Source: Anaeromyxobacteraceae bacterium (GTDB lineage: Bacteria; Myxococcota; Myxococcia; Myxococcales; Anaeromyxobacteraceae). From it: a stretch of 64,000 nucleotides of DNA. Positions 62,054-64,000 of this stretch are shown here, piece by piece. The translations under genes and the position numbers were made by a program. The notes below the pieces were generated by a model. That model saw only the letters and a list, made by a program, of their open reading frames with translations, did not search any database and had not been told where the DNA came from. The DNA lies in the NCBI GenBank assembly GCA_047602405.1, contig JASGHJ010000002.1, forward strand, positions 2,112,001-2,176,000, written 5' to 3'. How positions within the stretch are numbered: position 1 is the stretch's first letter; every line of letters begins with the position of its first letter.

Positions 62054-63838
62054 TCACGCGGCCTCCGGCCTTCCGGGCGCGTCCGGCCAGGCGTACCGGA
62101 GCCGCTGCTGCTCCCGGTACGGGTAGATGTCGACGATCTCGCCGAGCCGCACCCGCTCCTGCATGCCCCGCCACCAGCCGGCCGAGAGGAGCTCGCCGTG
62201 CGCCTCGAGGAACACCTGGCGCAGCCGGCCGGGGAGCCCGAGGAACGGCAGGAACTCCTCCGGGAAGACGTCGTCCTTGCCGACGTAGAACGCCGGCTCC
62301 GAGGCGCCGCCCCAGCCGTAGAGGTCGTCGTCGTCGCCCCCGCCGGGCCCGCCGCCACCCGTGGGCATGTCGCGGAAGTTGCACTCGGTCACGCGGGCGA
62401 GCTCGTCGTAGTCGTAGAAGATGACGCGCCGGTTGCGGGTCACGCCGAAGTTCTTGAGCAAGAGGTCGCCGGGGAAGGTGTTCGTCGCGGCGAGGTCGCG
62501 GAGCGCCTGGCCGAAGTCGAGCACCGCCTGGCGCGCGGTCCACTCGTCGGCCTCGCGGATGAAGAGGTTGAGCGGCGTGAGCCGGCGCTCGGCGTAGAGG
62601 TGCTTGAGGCGCACGAGCCCGCCCCGCTCCTCGATCGAGCCCGCGCAGAGGCCGCGGAGCTCCTCGAGCACCTCCGGCGAGAAGCGCGCGAGCGGGAACT
62701 CGAGGTCCCGGAACTCCTGGGCGTCGACGAGGCGGCCGGCGCGGTCGTGGCGGAAGACGTGCCGGTACTTGTCCATGACCTCGCGCCGGGTGGTCTGCTT
62801 CGGCGGCGCGAAGACGTCCTTGATGACCTTGAAGACGAGCTCGAGCCCGGGGAGCGTGAACACGGTCATCACGAGGCCGCGGTCGCCGCGGGCGGGCACG
62901 AAGGCGTCGCCGCTCTCCTCGAGGTGGCGCACGAGCTCGCGGTACATCTCGGTCTTGCCGTGCTTCTCGAAGCCGATCGAGATGTAGAGCTCGGAGCGGC
63001 GCTTCTGCGGCAGGAGCGACGACAGGAAGCCCACGAGGTCGCGGGGCGAGGGCGCCTCCACGTGGAAGTAGCTCCGCGTGAAGCTGAAGACGATCGACAC
63101 GTCCTCGGGCGTGAAGAGCGCGGCGTCGAGCACGATGCCGCGGTCGCCGTGGACGAGCGCGAGGACGAGCGGGGTGGTGAACCGGCCGCGGCGGATCCGG
63201 CCGGCGAGGTAGGCGCCCTTCCCGCGGAAGAACACCGGGCCGGCCATCTCGACGGCGTCGATGGGCTGCCCGTCCCGGAGCTCGCGCAGGTGGGCGTCGA
63301 GCTCGATGGCGGCGAGCCGCGCATCGCGGGCGAGGTCCTCGTAGGGCACCCCGAAGCCGAACGCCTCCAGGATCTTCCGGAGGAGGGCGTCGGTCGTCAC
63401 CTCCCGGCGGAAGGTGCGGATCGGGAAGGAGGCCGTGCGCGGCGCCGGCGCGTCCATCGCGAGGAACTCGATGTCGCGATCGACGCCGACCGTCGCGAAC
63501 ACGCGGCGGGTGACCGAGTTGAAGAAGGTGAGCGCGATCTCGGCCGCGGGGAGCCCCTCCACCGCCGCGAGGTACCGGTCCTTGAGCCGGCGCCAGACCT
63601 CGCGGTCGTGGGCGGCCCCGCCGAGCTCGGCGCGGACCGCGCCCACGGTCTCGTTGACGATCCGCTCCCCGAGGTCGAGGCGCTCCCGGGCATCGTCCTG
63701 GGCCTCGGACCAGGCGCGTCGCTCGAAGCGCTCCCGCGCCCGGGCGGTGATGCGGCCGCGCTCGCCGATGAACACCTCGAAGCCGGCGCGGATCGCCTCG
63801 GTGCCGGCGCGGCTCAGATCGGCGGTGAGGTCGGCCAT
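62054..63838 (-). CDS. aceK: Isocitrate dehydrogenase kinase/phosphatase
   Basis: TFFNSV, FSFTRSYF, KHGKT, VFKVIKD, FPGDLLLKNFGV, FYDYDE. Confidence 0.96.
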   Translation of the reverse strand: MADLTADLSRAGTEAIRAGFEVFIGERGRITARARERFERRAWSEAQDDARERLDLGERIVNETVGAVRAELGGAAHDREVWRRLKDRYLAAVEGLPAAEIALTFFNSVTRRVFATVGVDRDIEFLAMDAPAPRTASFPIRTFRREVTTDALLRKILEAFGFGVPYEDLARDARLAAIELDAHLRELRDGQPIDAVEMAGPVFFRGKGAYLAGRIRRGRFTTPLVLALVHGDRGIVLDAALFTPEDVSIVFSFTRSYFHVEAPSPRDLVGFLSSLLPQKRRSELYISIGFEKHGKTEMYRELVRHLEESGDAFVPARGDRGLVMTVFTLPGLELVFKVIKDVFAPPKQTTRREVMDKYRHVFRHDRAGRLVDAQEFRDLEFPLARFSPEVLEELRGLCAGSIEERGGLVRLKHLYAERRLTPLNLFIREADEWTARQAVLDFGQALRDLAATNTFPGDLLLKNFGVTRNRRVIFYDYDELARVTECNFRDMPTGGGGPGGGDDDDLYGWGGASEPAFYVGKDDVFPEEFLPFLGLPGRLRQVFLEAHGELLSAGWWRGMQERVRLGEIVDIYPYREQQRLRYAWPDAPGRPEAA

Positions 63839-63895
63839 GAGGCCGGCATCATACCGCCTGCGCCGCCGGGGCGAGGCCGCTGCCTCGAGGCCCCC

Positions 63896-64000
63896 TCAGG
63901 CCGCGTCCCGGCCCGGCTCGGCGCGCGCGGTGGCCGCCGCCGGCTTCTCGAAGAGGTAGTGCGAGACGATCCACTCCCGCCCGCCCCGGTAGCCCCACAT
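63896..64000 (-). CDS. 3' end of a SAM-dependent methyltransferase (cyclopropane fatty acid synthase-like), 5' end outside window
   Basis: ..WGYRGGREWIVSHYLFEK.. C-terminal motif, TGA at 63896-98. Confidence 0.75.
   Translation of the reverse strand: MWGYRGGREWIVSHYLFEKPAAATARAEPGRDAA

Overview
High-GC, Anaeromyxobacter/Myxococcota-like chromosomal window of about 55 genes, with no rRNA, tRNA or CRISPR array. In order: a heme-c sensor kinase/archaemetzincin/sigma-54 regulator operon; purU; terC-nhaR-htpX; a TolC/RND pump; ExbBD-TonB with a TonB-dependent receptor; a probable lanthanide-type PQQ dehydrogenase co-transcribed with an atypical caa3-type oxidase; an M2 peptidase; then pgm, alpha-2-macroglobulin/pbpC, map, ABC-F, trpB2, SUI1 and aceK. 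The standout is a 2.2-kb element (32176-34375) with perfect 15-bp terminal inverted repeats and a TA duplication at a CTAG site. It carries a large TnpB/Cas12-like RuvC nuclease gene with a structured 3' end and, divergently, a 59-codon ORF resembling a deleted IS5-family (DDE) transposase; both end LWDSS-stop inside the repeats. This suggests an RNA-guided nuclease carried by a TIR/DDE element rather than IS200/605. Also notable: eight +1 frameshifts in seven chromosomal genes all map to corrupted AGATC/GATCT motifs (likely a DNA-modification base-calling footprint); a GTAG-type REP family with two in-frame copies inside genes; and a PheS-like orphan ligase with a probable leaderless leader-peptide attenuator.
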